In this document: piece by piece, positions 14,352-25,883 of the stretch | How the letters are laid out: each line of letters begins with the position of its first letter | Numbering within the stretch: position 1 is the first letter of the stretch | NCBI GenBank assembly: GCA_026770705.1 | Contig: JANJGN010000007.1 | Span: 96,782,001-96,846,000 of the forward strand | DNA length: 64,000 bases | Direction: 5' to 3' | Source: Isurus oxyrinchus | Taxonomy: Eukaryota | Translations under genes and position numbers: made by a program | The notes under the pieces: generated by a model | Told to the model about the DNA's origin: nothing | What the model saw: the letters and a program-made list of their open reading frames with translations, nothing else | The model's database searches: none

Positions 14352-14455
14352 TTAGCTGTCTACACTAGCAAGATTAAAGATGGCAAGAATGACATAAAAA
14401 GCTGCCGAGCCAATCCGAATTATTTTCAAAATATTCAGTAACAATCCACTCTCCG
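14352..14455 (-). CDS. Transmembrane/terminal exon of a minus-strand IgSF receptor gene (gene probably pseudogenic)
   Basis: Reverse strand: acceptor gtgtattttctcactAG, phase 1, then (A)ESGLLLNILKIIRIGSAAFYVILAIFNLASVDS followed by TAATAA. Hydrophobic segment with Lys and Arg; essentially no cytoplasmic tail. Confidence 0.6.
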
Positions 14456-14649
14456 CTAGTGAGAAAATACACAGTATCGCTGATCACTCCTGGTCCCATC
14501 AGGATGACTGCTATGGCAGGACCACTTATCTCGAAACTAAAAGCATCATAAATTCAGAACTCTAAATCTATATACAGCTGGAATTACACGAAGGTTGTTA
14601 TTTGCATGGGGATCCTTAGATTGGGAAGGATATTTATTGGCTATTTACG

Positions 14650-15600
14650 AATCTCAGAGCCACATGTATAATACATTGCTGTAGGCTTCCCTCGGAAGTT
14701 GAATGTTGTGCAGCCAGAAACGGAAAGGATGACCGTCATATAGACAATAGGATGCAGCAGATAGTTTGTGGGACCCGTGAGTGCAATTCACTCCCAAATC
14801 CTTATTGAATTCTGGAAAATTAGTAAAAGTGGTGGTTCCTCTGCGGAATAGCGATATAAGGTTCAATGGATGGGGGAATAGTAATGTTGTTCGGTAGCCA
14901 CCGATGTGACTCCACGATGGTATATTGCCTCCTTTGTGCCCTGGCAAAGGGTGCTGCTGGGTGTCTGCAAAACCTTCTAAGTTGAGTGGGTGGTGAAAGG
15001 TGAAGAACCGCTGAGGTCTCGGCCCATAATTGTATCATTGGCATATAACTGAAAAACGAGGTGAAATGCAGTTGCCAAATCTCAGGGAGTTAGGGGGAAA
15101 TCGGCAAATTGTGCCTCAAACTTCATAATCAGCCTAATATTGCGGTGCCACGCTGTAATGTGTACAGAGATGGGGGGATATTGCCATTGAATGTGCCACG
15201 GGAGAAATTGTGTAAGAACGAGTCGTTTAGATTCCTGAGACATTCAAAAGAAAGTGGTAAGTGGAATTAAAATTTGCTCAGCGGCAGGGGCGGAAGATTG
15301 GGAGGTTTGCATGTGATACAAAACTTGGCCGCCTGATTGGCAGTGAGGAAGAAAGCCGTGGACTACAGAAACATACCGTTGCACTGGTCGATGGGCTGGA
15401 AAAAGGCAAATATATTTAATTCGATGAAGCATAAGCCGATAGATTTGGAGAGCACAAGCAAGGCAAGAGAATACACCATGGACTGTAGCGTTTTGAAAAA
15501 CGTACATGGACAAAGAGACCTTTTACTTCGTGTGCGCAGGTCCCTGAAGGCAGCAAGTTAGGTAGATCAGATGTTTAGTGCAACATTCGGGGTATTTTAC
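14650..15600 (+). mobile_element. Highly degenerate CR1 fragments (ORF1 esterase and RT 3' region)
   Basis: Remnant 'VVVGSH...VYCLLCALAK' ORF1 pattern and 'WKKANIFNSMK...GQRDL..RVRRSLKAAS' (15337-15561). Confidence 0.6.
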
Positions 15601-15985
15601 TTTATTGGCCGATCATTTGGCATGTTGTAATTAGGGAAATATTTACAGGGCTTTCGTATATTGCCAATAATTCCTCCTGACCTTTCTCTGGAAATGAAGC
15701 AAAGTGAGAGACTTTGGGAGACCTCAGAACAGTTAGTTCATGGAGGACAGCTTTCAAGAAAGCCTTCACTGCAACACTTTGCATTTGGGGCACAGATGAG
15801 AGAATTGAACTAAAAATAAAAACATAGTTATGCACGCACCTCAACTGCCCTGTCGGACCTGCTTCGGTGTTCGCTGTTTGTTACAGACATATTCTCTTGC
15901 TATATAACTGCTATACTCGATATTGAACAGGGCCTGCATAGAACAATCCACCTTATTGGTTGCAGTCGACCATGATTGTTTAGAT

Positions 15986-16209
15986 AAAAACAAAAAAAAA
16001 AAAAACTGCGGATGCTGGAAATCCAAAACAAAAACAGAATTACCTGGAAAAACTCAGCAGGTCTGGCAGCATCGGCGGAGAAGAAAAGAGTCGACGTTTC
16101 GAGTCCTCATGACCCTTCAAGTTCTGTCGAAGGGTCATGAGGACTCGAAACGTCGACTCTTCTTCTCCGCCGATGCTGCCAGACCTGCTGAGTGTTTCCA
16201 GGTAATTCT
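15986..16209. mobile_element. Palindromic non-autonomous Penelope-derived insertion (two inverted pLTR ends) with 14-bp TSD
   Basis: About 16031-16118 is the reverse complement of about 16129-16209. Both arms match the termini of the Penelope element at 38091-40885. Flanked by atgattgtttagat at 15972-15985 and 16210-16223. Confidence 0.9.
16124..16160 (+). ncRNA. Minimal hammerhead-ribozyme-like motif of the Penelope pLTR (variant core)
   Basis: CTGTCGA-A-GGGTC atgag GACTC-GAAAC-GTCGAC: stem II GGGTC/GACTC, GAAA core, palindromic helix III. Core differs from canonical CUGANGA. Homologs at about 17818-17845, 38185-38225 (-) and 40790-40828. Confidence 0.5.
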
Positions 16210-16376
16210 ATGATTGTTTAGATGTTTGGTAACAACAAATTGTGCTGAAATGAAAATGTCTACAAATTGGAAAGATTAAAATGTTTTCAAATTTTTGGAA
16301 AGTTAGATTTTTTATTTTATAATTACAATTCACCTCTAGACTCAAACGGCTTTCCTGAAAGACTTGCGACACTTAC

Positions 16377-16700
16377 CATTGATCTTCAGCAACATATGAT
16401 TTCCACAACTAATTGTGTTTTACTGTACTAGACAATAGTTATTTAAGATATTAGCAATGTTAGCCTCTCCAACCCCAATACTGACGTTAATTGACAAAGA
16501 TTGGTCAACAGTAGATAAACGTTTGCAAATGTACAGAGGAACTCAACAAAACCCCCAGCGCCTTTCGATTTCATGAAGCAATGGATATGAGCCTGAAAAC
16601 TCTTTTAGTTAAAAAAAAACTTCAGTAGGAGTCGTTAGGGCAATAGTGCAGTGATAATTTGGGATGTTTTAATAACTATTCTGTTACTTCTTATTAAACG
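16377..16700 (-). pseudogene. Decayed VJ-type V exon (NKp30-like) of the minus-strand gene
   Basis: Reverse strand ends ...SGSYPL...KRLSTVDQSLSINVSIGVGEANIANILNNYCLVQ*NTISCGNHMLLKIN(G) with a strong phase-1 donor G|GTAAGT. Spacing fits DSG.YYC...GNGT.L.V. The 5' part reads IVIKTSQIITALLP*RLLLKF. Multiple stops and frameshifts; 5' boundary approximate. Confidence 0.45.
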
Positions 16701-17164
16701 TAGACATTTCAACCAGTTACATGGAGGGAAGAGCTAGAGGATAATTACATAGGATTCGATGGCGCAACAACTTTTACCTCAGATCAGAGACACGACTCCA
16801 ATTCTAGGGGCTGCTAATGGAGAGAAATTAAGAAATGAAGTGGTATAGTAAACATGACTCAAGTTACAACCGTAGCTGCAATTCCTCACAAGTCTAAGAT
16901 GCAGAAACTACCCTCCTCGCTGCCTTGCGGGCTCCATTCTTGAATTGCACTGAATGTGAAATTGATGGATATTTTTTCAACTTAATTTCCAAAAAGTAAA
17001 CCATTCAGTGACAGAGCAGGGTTATCCCATGCTTAGGCATTAACAATAATGTGGCCAATGGAGGTTTCATGCTCAAACCACGCAATAAGATATCAACTTT
17101 TGCAATGGGAACTGAGACAGCCAGGCTGGGATTTGATGTGATCAATCATTGGCAAAGTTTCATT

Positions 17165-17942
17165 GATGTCTCTACATTGGAGAGACCATAAGCAGACTGG
17201 GTGACCACTTTGCAGAACCACCTTGTTTGGCCACAAGCATGACCCAGACCTCCCTGTCGCTTGCCTTTTCAAGACGCTACCCTGCTCTCATGCCCACATG
17301 TCCGCCCTTGGCTTACTGCAATGTTCCAGTGAAGCTCAATGCAAACTGGAGGAACAGCAATTGATCTTCCAACTAGGCACTTTACAACCTTCTGGTGTTA
17401 ATATTGAGTTCAACAACTTCAGATCATGAACTCTTTCCTCCATCCCTCACCACCTTTCCAATCCCCCATTTCCAATGATTTATATTGTTAAAAATACATA
17501 TATTTTTTTCTTTTCCCACCCATTCTTAAATGTATTTCGATCTACTGTTTTATTTCCACCGTTTAGCCCATTTTGATCTCGTCCCCCCACCCCACCCCGA
17601 CTCGGGCCATCTGCCACTTGCTTGTCCTGCTTGCAACCCTTAATGTCCTCATTAGCAAATTCCTTAGCTAATGTCACCACTGTCCACACCCCTTTGTCTT
17701 TTTATCTATGATATCGTTGGCAATCTCTTCTTTGCCTCCACTTATCACTGACCAGCTCTACCTGTCCCACCCCCTCTACCAGCTTATATTTCACCTCATT
17801 TCTATATTTCCCAGCTTAGAGTCATGTGGACTCGAAACGTGAACTGTGTTCCTCTCCGCAGATGCTGTCTAATGCTGAGTTTTTCCAGCTATTTTTGTTT
17901 TTGTTTCAGATTCCCAGCATCCACAGTATTTTGCTTTTATTT
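17165..17942 (+). mobile_element. Penelope-like element 3' fragment (GIY-YIG C-terminus plus pLTR)
   Basis: LYIGETISRLGDHFAE...EAQCKLEEQQLIFQLGTLQPSGVNIEFNNFRS* is a diverged homolog of 40130-40392; followed by a homologous pLTR. Confidence 0.9.
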
Positions 17943-19249
17943 CACTGATATATGTTCGCTTGTGATGACGGACATTTTCTGGCTCTCGATATCAATCACT
18001 GCAATCCCCTGGCCTTTGATTGTCTTTCACACAATGGAAATCAGCCAACTTCTGAACAGGATATCAAGAATGAGATTGTGCAGGTGTTCAGGATGTGATG
18101 TGCAATCTTTGCAACGCATGGACCTTGTACACCTCATGGGGTCTCTTAAAAATAAAACTACATTTAGAGCCACAACAATAAGGTCAAGATGAGAGAACCT
18201 TAATCCGTACAATCCAGGTAATTACGATCTCACTGTACATAAAGATTGTGAAATCTTAATGATTTATCTCAATAATGTAACAAAATAATGAAGGGCCATC
18301 TTGTCCGGTTTACAGTACGACAGAAAGTAGGGCCAGAGAGGAAACAGTAAGCATACATATTAGGCAGCTAATATCAACAATGTCGATACTTATAACAGCC
18401 TATACAATGCACCAGGTAAAACAGCAGAGATCAAAAGAGGTTGCAATAAAAATACTTAATCTTCTGGTCGAACTCCTTCGATGACATAAATGAATATTTA
18501 GCTGCATCAGATTTCTTAAATTGCTAGATTTTTCCTCTCAATAAAATCATAATTTTATGTCCTCTCTCATTTCACCTTAAGATAGTAAATGTTGACATGC
18601 TCAGCCTTTGCACAATGGCCCTCAAATTAGCAGTATTAGCTCTCAACTGTGTACCTGGGCTTGCTTAAGCTGTGAAAAAAAAACTAGGTCGATGAATGTG
18701 CAAAAATAAATTGCTGAAATAACATTTAAAAACCAGACATATATTTCATTCTGCTTTGAAGATAGTAAGGCATCTGTGAAATATTGAACGGTTGGGCTGG
18801 TAGCATAGGAAATGAAACTGCTTCAAATCTTGCTGTCTACGCTAACTGTCGCATAATGAGGGAAGTAACAATTCTATTTGTCTCAGTGGAACGCCAACGG
18901 CCTACACAAGAGCATTTGGCCCAATATGATTGTCTCTCTTCAGATAGCGCCACATCACATGCTCATTTCGTTAAACTAATTTTCCTTAGAATTCTCAAGA
19001 GTCTCCACTTCATCCAATATAGTGGCAGAGTACCCAATGCTCCAATAGCTCATAACCTTTCTCCTACTTCCACTAACAGTCTAAAAGTTGATACTATTTT
19101 ACTCCCCCGCCAGAATAACAGTTTCCTGAGATGCAATAATTTTTTTCCATTTTTTGCTTTTAAAAGTCTTTATCCTTCACTGCATCAGCTCCCTTTGTTA
19201 TCGAAGATGCCACATAAATACTTGCGTTGTCATTTATTATGGATGCTAA

Positions 19250-20420
19250 GATAGCTGTGCAGCTCGATTGCAGACCAACATTACTTCCCATAGTGAGGGC
19301 AAATATGTCTTGTCTGATTTTTTGGGACTGCCCAGTCTTTTTACTCTGCCTTTTGTTCTTAGCTTCCTGAATCCTTTGCTGCGGGAAGGACATAATGCCA
19401 TTATTTGAGGTAGGCTCCCCAGGTGGTTCTTCCTTATACGTTTTTTGCACATCCGCAGTGGAGTTGTTACATTTCCTGAAGTTCACCTTCAAAAGCCCTT
19501 GAAGCTTCATCTAGGCCTACCTTTCAAATGGTATCCAAGTTCACAGTGTCAATACATGGCCAACCGAGGGATTTTATAACATGTAACACATACTGGGTGC
19601 CCACTGTGAATGAGCTGCGCACAAATGCAGTGCTTAAATTCCAGACATATCCACTCTTTGAAGTAGCATGGCGTTTGGCATTTTGATGTCCATGATATAT
19701 TGAATACATCTCATTTTTAAACTGTCCAATTGCTTAATATGACACCCGTGGGTGGATCATATCTCTTAGGTAAAAAGGTGGGTAGATCTTACCGTAGTGG
19801 CCTTCTGGACAGTCTTAGCTAAACTTGAATGCCCTGATAGAGATGCAACTATGTCACCAAAGTTTCAAAATGGAGTAACACCCAGAGTCACTGATTGTGC
19901 TGAATATGCTAATCACTTTTATTTAACAAGTGGTGTGATGGAGGGTGTGTCACAGCCCCTGCATTCTGCAGCATATCATTTTTTATTTTGCTTTCTGTGC
20001 CATTTGATGGGAATGTTGATGGAACAATGCAGAGCAGATGGTAATCTGTTTAATTCGGGATGACTGAATCCCTCCAATAAGGTAAAATGGATTATGATAG
20101 AGAATTGCTGTTTTGTGGTTGCCTGTGCCCTCCTACCACACTGTGAACATCGCCTTCAAAGGATCATTGACTGTTTTTCAAAATAAGTTGACGAATATGG
20201 GATCACCGTCAGCTTTAGGAAGATGGAAATACTCCAGCAAACACCACCAAATTCTGACTTCACCCCAGCTGAAGTAACTGTCAATGATACAACTTTGAAG
20301 GCTGTCGATAGCTTTTCCGAATTCTAGAAGCCCGATCTCTGGAAATGATTGCTCTGACAGCGAGGTGACCCATAGAATTGCCACCTCGATGTCAAAGCAA
20401 ATATTTCTAAAGATTGGACA
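19250..20420 (-). mobile_element. Degenerate RTE-clade LINE ORF2
   Basis: C-terminal pattern KMPNAMLLQRVDMSGI*AL...LLKVNFRKCN...FPQQRIQEAKNKRQSKK is typical of the RTE ORF2 end; LLEFGKAIDSL upstream. Confidence 0.6.
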
Positions 20421-20658
20421 ATCTTAGCATTGGACAGATTTATTATGGAGAAAACGAGTATCACATTTACATCAGCACTTTCTATTTAAAAAAACAATGG
20501 AAATTCAGTGTATCACCAGAAATATATAGTGGTAATGCATTGTTGACGTAATAACAAGTCCCAGGGTACTTTACAGTTGAGCAATACAGCCACACTAGTC
20601 ACCAAGGCACATCAGGAAATGTTCGGAAAGATGATTTAAAGCTTGCCCAAAGAGTTCA

Positions 20659-21654
20659 GTTGGTCTGTATCACAAGGGTGGACTATAAAAGTTGGGGAAT
20701 GATGTTATAAATGTGCAGGGCATTGGTAAAAGCACTGCTGGGCTACAGCGTACACTTGTGTCGCCCTTATTTGAGGAGGGATATATTTGTACTGGAGACA
20801 TTTCAGAGGAGGTTCCCCATGTTGATTCATAACTTGAGCATTTGGTCATATGAGAAACGTTTGAGTGGACTGGACCTAAACTTGTTGGAGTCAAGAGGAA
20901 GGGGATATGTTCTTAAAGATGAAAGCGAGGTAGGAAGTTGGAGATATTTAGGTTGGAATATCAAGCGTTTAATGCATAGGAAGCTGAAGGTAAGGCAATC
21001 AGTGGTGGATAAAACACAATCACGAATACTCAAAAGAAGATAAACACAACAGCATAAGTAATAGGAGAAGGAGCAGGCCGTTTGGACCATCCAAACTGCT
21101 TTACCATCAAATGCGATCATGGGTGCTCTGGTTGTGGCTTAGCTCTAATTTCCTGCCTTTCCCCTATTACAATCAACTGCTTTGCTGATCAAAAATCCAT
21201 TGAAATTGCCTTGAATGCACACAACTACCCAGCCTTCGCTGCTCTATGAGGTAGGGAATTCCTAATATTAAAGATCGTCTCAGAGAATACATTCCTCACC
21301 ATTTCCGTTTGAACGGGGAGTTCTAGATTGCAACACATGGGGAAATATCCTATCAGTATCTTCCTTTCAGGACCCCATAGAATCTTATTTATTTCAATAA
21401 GAACATATCCCCTTCCTCTTGACTCCAACAAGTTTAGGTCCAGTCCACTCAAACGTTTCTCATATGACCAAATGCTCAAGTTATGAATCAACATGGGGAA
21501 CCTCCTCTGAAATGTCTCCAGTACAAATATATCCCTCCTCAAATAAGGGCGACACAAGTGTACGCTGTAGCCCAGCAGTGCTTTTACCAATGCCCTGCAC
21601 ATTTATAACATCACTCCCCAACTTTTATAGTCCACCCTTGTGATACAGACCAAC
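20659..21654. repeat. 257-bp near-perfect inverted duplication (20659-20915 vs 21398-21654)
   Basis: Arms are reverse complements with one mismatch seen (gggaatgatg vs gggagtgatg). The ORF track shows mirrored ORFs. Confidence 0.95.
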
Positions 21655-22830
21655 GTTGTATTCCTTCCTAATTCCATGCTGTGCCTGCGTGCTCACATTT
21701 TGAACTTCTTGTACACAACCAGGCCAAAACATTCTCAAGTCTCTCCCCTTTTAAATAATATTCTGCTTTTATATAGTTCCTGCTAATGTTGACAATCTCA
21801 TATGTTACGACATTAAGCTCCATATACCAAATTTTATGCTACTGAGTACTACTCGGACGATTGTTTGCACCCTTCTCATAAATTGGTTTCATAACTATCT
21901 CTGTGTAGTCAGAAAATTTGGCGATAACGTGCTTGGTCCCCTCGTGCACGTCAGTAATACATTTTATAAATAGTTGAAGCCCCAATACTGATCCCGGTGG
22001 CCCCCAGTAGTTGCAGGTTACCAATCCAGAAATGACTCATTTATCCCAATGCTAATGTTTCCTGTTAGTTAGTTATATCTCTCTCCATGCAAAAAAAGAA
22101 AATGCCCTCAGCACCATGAGGTCTTTCCTTGTGTGGTAACATTTCTCGTAGCACATTATATCAAATGTATTTTTGGAACACCAATGCACTGCGTCTACTG
22201 GGTCCCCCTTGTCCCCCCTGGTTTATACATCCTCAAAGACGTCTAATACATTTGTACCAATTATCTTCCACAAAAACATTCTGACTTTACTGGAATATTC
22301 TCCGATTTTCCAAATGCTCTCCGGCTTCTTCATTAATGCTCATTCAAACATTTTTCAAATGGCAGATATTTGACTTAAGGGCCTACAGTTTTCGGGTTTC
22401 TCGCTGCTTCTTTTCTTAAATAAGCTTGTTTTCTAATCTTTTGTTTCCTTTCCTGAATCTAGGGAATTTTAGCAAGTTACAATGTCTCCTTTATCTCTAC
22501 AGCCACTTACTTGCGACACTAGGATACAAACCATCAGGTTCAGAGGGCCGATCAACATTTAATCCATTAGAGACGCTGATTTTTTTTCGTTCAGTGGCAG
22601 TGATTGCCTTACATTCCTGCCGCCCTTTCCTCCCTTGATATTCCACTATTCTCGGGCTGCGTTTTTTGTCTTCTACCGTAAAGATAGTTACAAAAATTGT
22701 TGCAAGTATCTGCCATTTTCTTGTTTGCCATTATTAGTTCCACTGTCAAATCAGCACCTTATATTTGTTTTAGACGCTGTCTTCCTTTTTATATGCTAGT
22801 AGAATCTCTTCCTGTCTATTTTACATGTTT
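21050..22830 (-). mobile_element. CR1 LINE RT-to-3' end, degenerate
   Basis: GPPGSVLGLQLF..IAKFSDYTEI (21839-22024) and RALVKALLGYSVHLCRPYLRRDIFVLETFQRRF (21225-21602). Confidence 0.85.
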
Positions 22831-25159
22831 TTCTTTCTTCCTTTCATATTATAATTACATAAATGCAGATACCTCGAAAGGTTGTGGGACTGGAAAATAT
22901 TATAAATATAGGAAGTAGTGAAGCCATGGGGAGATTTGAAGGGAAATTTGCGAATCTTAAAATGTCAGCATTGCATGAGCCGCAACCATTGTAGATCAGC
23001 CAACACAGCTGTGAAATGTGAACAGAAGATGGTGCAAGCAAGCAAGTTAACGGAGGTAGAATGTAGAGGACCAGGTGAAATCCTTTACAACAGACAATTT
23101 AAGATGTATTAAACATAGAAATGAAGATTTAAGGATCCATAGTCCTGAGGCCGTTGTGAAGTCGGCAGATATTGTGCAGGAGAAATTAAGTGGTCTCAAT
23201 ATGAAGCCTGAAGCTCATATCAGGGTCAACTATTACAAAATGTTGCGAATAGTCTCTACATTACAATAACTTTCTCTATTCCATGCTCAAGTGCAGGTAT
23301 TCTCTGTGAAGATTAACATTTAAAAGCGTTATCTCATTGCCTATTCTTACTATCAAACTGAATAAGCATGCACTTCCCCACGTTACAATTCATCAATGAC
23401 CTTGTGGGTCATTTACTTCACCAGTATATATCTATTTTCAGAACTATGTTTCCTCCTCACAGTTTGTACACAAATCGAGCTATGCATCAGCAAAATTTCT
23501 ATATTTCTAATGGTCTATTTGTCTAAATCATTAATGTGAATTTTAAATAGCTAATTGCCTTTCATTGATCCTCGCCACACTTCATTAGCTTCAGCCTGAA
23601 AACTTACAAAAATGATTTTCCTAACCTAGCCTTCCTCCACGCTAATTTATCACACAATTTCCATCTTTATCTTCCATATTAGCCTTTTGAGTGACAACTT
23701 ATCTAATGCCTTTTGGTAATCCACATACTCTGCATTCCTTGGCTCCCCTTCATCTACCCTACTATCTACATCATCAGTAAAATAATTAAGTTGTCAAGCA
23801 CAAAGGAGAATTAACATTTTGCGAAAATGTGTAATTAAAACAAAACTAATCTTCTTTGTTACAGGACAATCTACTCACAGGAACAGTGGCTAATCTGCAA
23901 ATGCCACTTTAGCTCAATCCAAACAGTTTACAAACAATAGGAAAAACAATTTTCTACTGTATTGGTAAACAGCATGGCGCACTACCCAGGAACAAACACC
24001 ACATTTTTAGATAAATCATCACTGGGATGTGAGTGTCGGAGCTAAGCCAGCATTTGTTGCCCAGTGCTAATTGCCTCTGAAAAGGTGATGGTGAGCTGCC
24101 TTCTTGAACTGCTGCAGTTCATGTGATGTAGGTACATTCACAGGGCTGTTAGAAAGGGATTTGCAGGATTTTGATCCAGCAACAGTTTGGGATCGGCGAC
24201 GTATTAACAAGTCAGAATGCTGAGTGGCTTGGCGAGAACTTCCAGATCATGCTGTTCCCATATTGAAGCGTTAATACAGCTTGTCTCAGAATAAGGAGAC
24301 TTGTGTCATTCTTGCTTTGCAATTTCATTTAATTCTTAATCCTAGCATCAGTTGTCTTGAAAGATATTGATCGATGTGGCATATTGTTACACAGAGGACG
24401 GAAAAAGACAACGGAGTATCACCACATCCTTCAAATCTGTGACCCACATTGTTTTGTTATGATATTTATGATTGCAGTCGGGTAAGTAGCTGTGTACGAA
24501 TAATGTTGAAGAAAAAACATGACAATTGAACATCTAGGATTAAGCATTGCAGAAACCTTCAGGAAGGATATATGTTATCCTTACATGGTTTGGCCGAGAC
24601 TCCAAACCTACAGCAATGTGATTGCTTGTCAGCCGCCTTCTGAAATGACCAAGCAAGGCCAGTGCAAGCGCAATTAGGGACGGGCAACAAATACTGCCTT
24701 TGCCAGCGACGCCCAAACCCCACAAAAGAATCAAGGGGAAATAATCCTTATTTCATTTGCAGTTCTTCCCAGGTTGTGGGTGTGGTGCAAATTGCATGAA
24801 GAGGAGACATGGGCTGCTACAAGTCAATTGCACGCCGATTCCATGAAAAAGGGACCAAAAACGGTGAAGAGGCGCCCACTCTCTTTACCTTCAGAGTATT
24901 TAGGACCAAAGACCAACACATCGTTTTGAAATTGTACTGTGCAATTACTTGTTTCTGGGATTTGTTTCATGGGGCATATTCGGTTTGATTTATCCCACAC
25001 CTCGCCACCTGCAGCCTTGTGCAAGGATGGTAAATCCTTTCAATGAATTGAAAATACAATGAGTTGCTGAAACATTATTTTCAATCTTAAAAACCAGAAT
25101 TTTAATTCTGATGATCCGTTTAATTGTTCATTCTGGTCACATTTTCCGCGTCAAAAATT

Positions 25160-25345
25160 AGGTTGACCATGACAACAGCAAAACTCTGGGGCCAATCACG
25201 GATACTTATTCAAATGTGCTGACCACGTATGTTGCGAAGGGCTGATTGTCCCGCCATCGGTTGACTTGGCCCATCCGATAGGCAGTCAGCACATTCAATT
25301 AACTTGGAAGTTTAATTCCGTATGTGGTTGCCAAGTAACCTGGGC
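25160..25345 (+). promoter_or_regulatory. Putative proximal promoter of the V-C1-TM gene
   Basis: CpG-enriched stretch just upstream of the ATG with CCAAT (25192), ETS core GGAAGT (25306), RUNX TGTGGTT (25323), and RFX X-box-like GTTGCCAAGTAAC (25327-25339) and GTTGACCATGACAAC (25162). Motif matches only. Confidence 0.4.
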
Positions 25346-25375
25346 TCAGTATATTGACAATTTCTAGTGTTGAAA

Positions 25376-25433
25376 ATGTTTTTGAACGTTGTTTCTTCCC
25401 CATGTGCAAATATCCTCATCATTATTTACGCAG
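25376..25433 (+). CDS. Leader (signal peptide) exon of a non-rearranging V-C1-TM IgSF gene
   Basis: aaaATG: MFLNVVSSPCANILIIIYA, then phase-1 donor CAG|GTGTGT. A 129-nt intron splices in frame to (D)IVAGQIKV, the split-leader layout of Ig/TCR genes. Confidence 0.75.
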
Positions 25434-25562
25434 GTGTGTATTTCGTGCATTCCCCTTCTCCCAAACTGCAACCACCTCTAAAGTTCTTCTTCGTTCTTTC
25501 ATCCTTTTTACTTCTGACACCATAGAAAATATTTCCTTATGATTTGCATTTCCTCCTCACAG

Positions 25563-25883
25563 ATATTGTAGCTGGCCAGATAAAAGTTTTCCAAACCCCC
25601 GGAAGTGCTCAACGGTTGGCGGGTGAAAACATTACTTTTTATTGCGCGTTTCCTCTTTTTCAAGATACTGCCAATGTGAATATTTATTGGTGGAAACTGG
25701 GCGAAGCTGGGTTTCTGCAGCCGGGATCGGACATCAGAAAACGATTTCTTCTTTTGAGGAAAGGCGAAGCCTCGCTTCAGCTCCTGGATGTCAAGGCCGC
25801 GGACTCGGGAGTTTATTACTGCGGAGTAAAACATCTGGTTACCCGATTTACAAATGGAACTGGGTCAAAGCTTATTATCTACG
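25563..25883 (+). CDS. VJ-type V-set Ig domain exon (germline-joined)
   Basis: Acceptor cctcctcacAG. DIVAGQIKVFQTPGSAQRLAGENITFYCAFP...IYWWK...ASLQLLDVKAADSGVYYCGVKHLVTRFTNGTGSKLIIY(V) has both canonical Cys, the Trp, DSGxYYC and a J-like GxG..L.I G-strand in the same exon. Donor G|GTAAG. Confidence 0.95.

Noticed and set aside
15602-15844. Minus-strand ORF with a strong acceptor at 15810, as a C exon of the minus-strand gene
   Set aside because: The phase-1 frame stops quickly and no convincing C1 motifs are present.
24885-24925. Minus-strand MCWSLVLNTLK|GTAAAG as first exon of the divergent gene
   Set aside because: Phase 0, short for a leader, and 8 kb from the V relic. Unsupported without transcripts.
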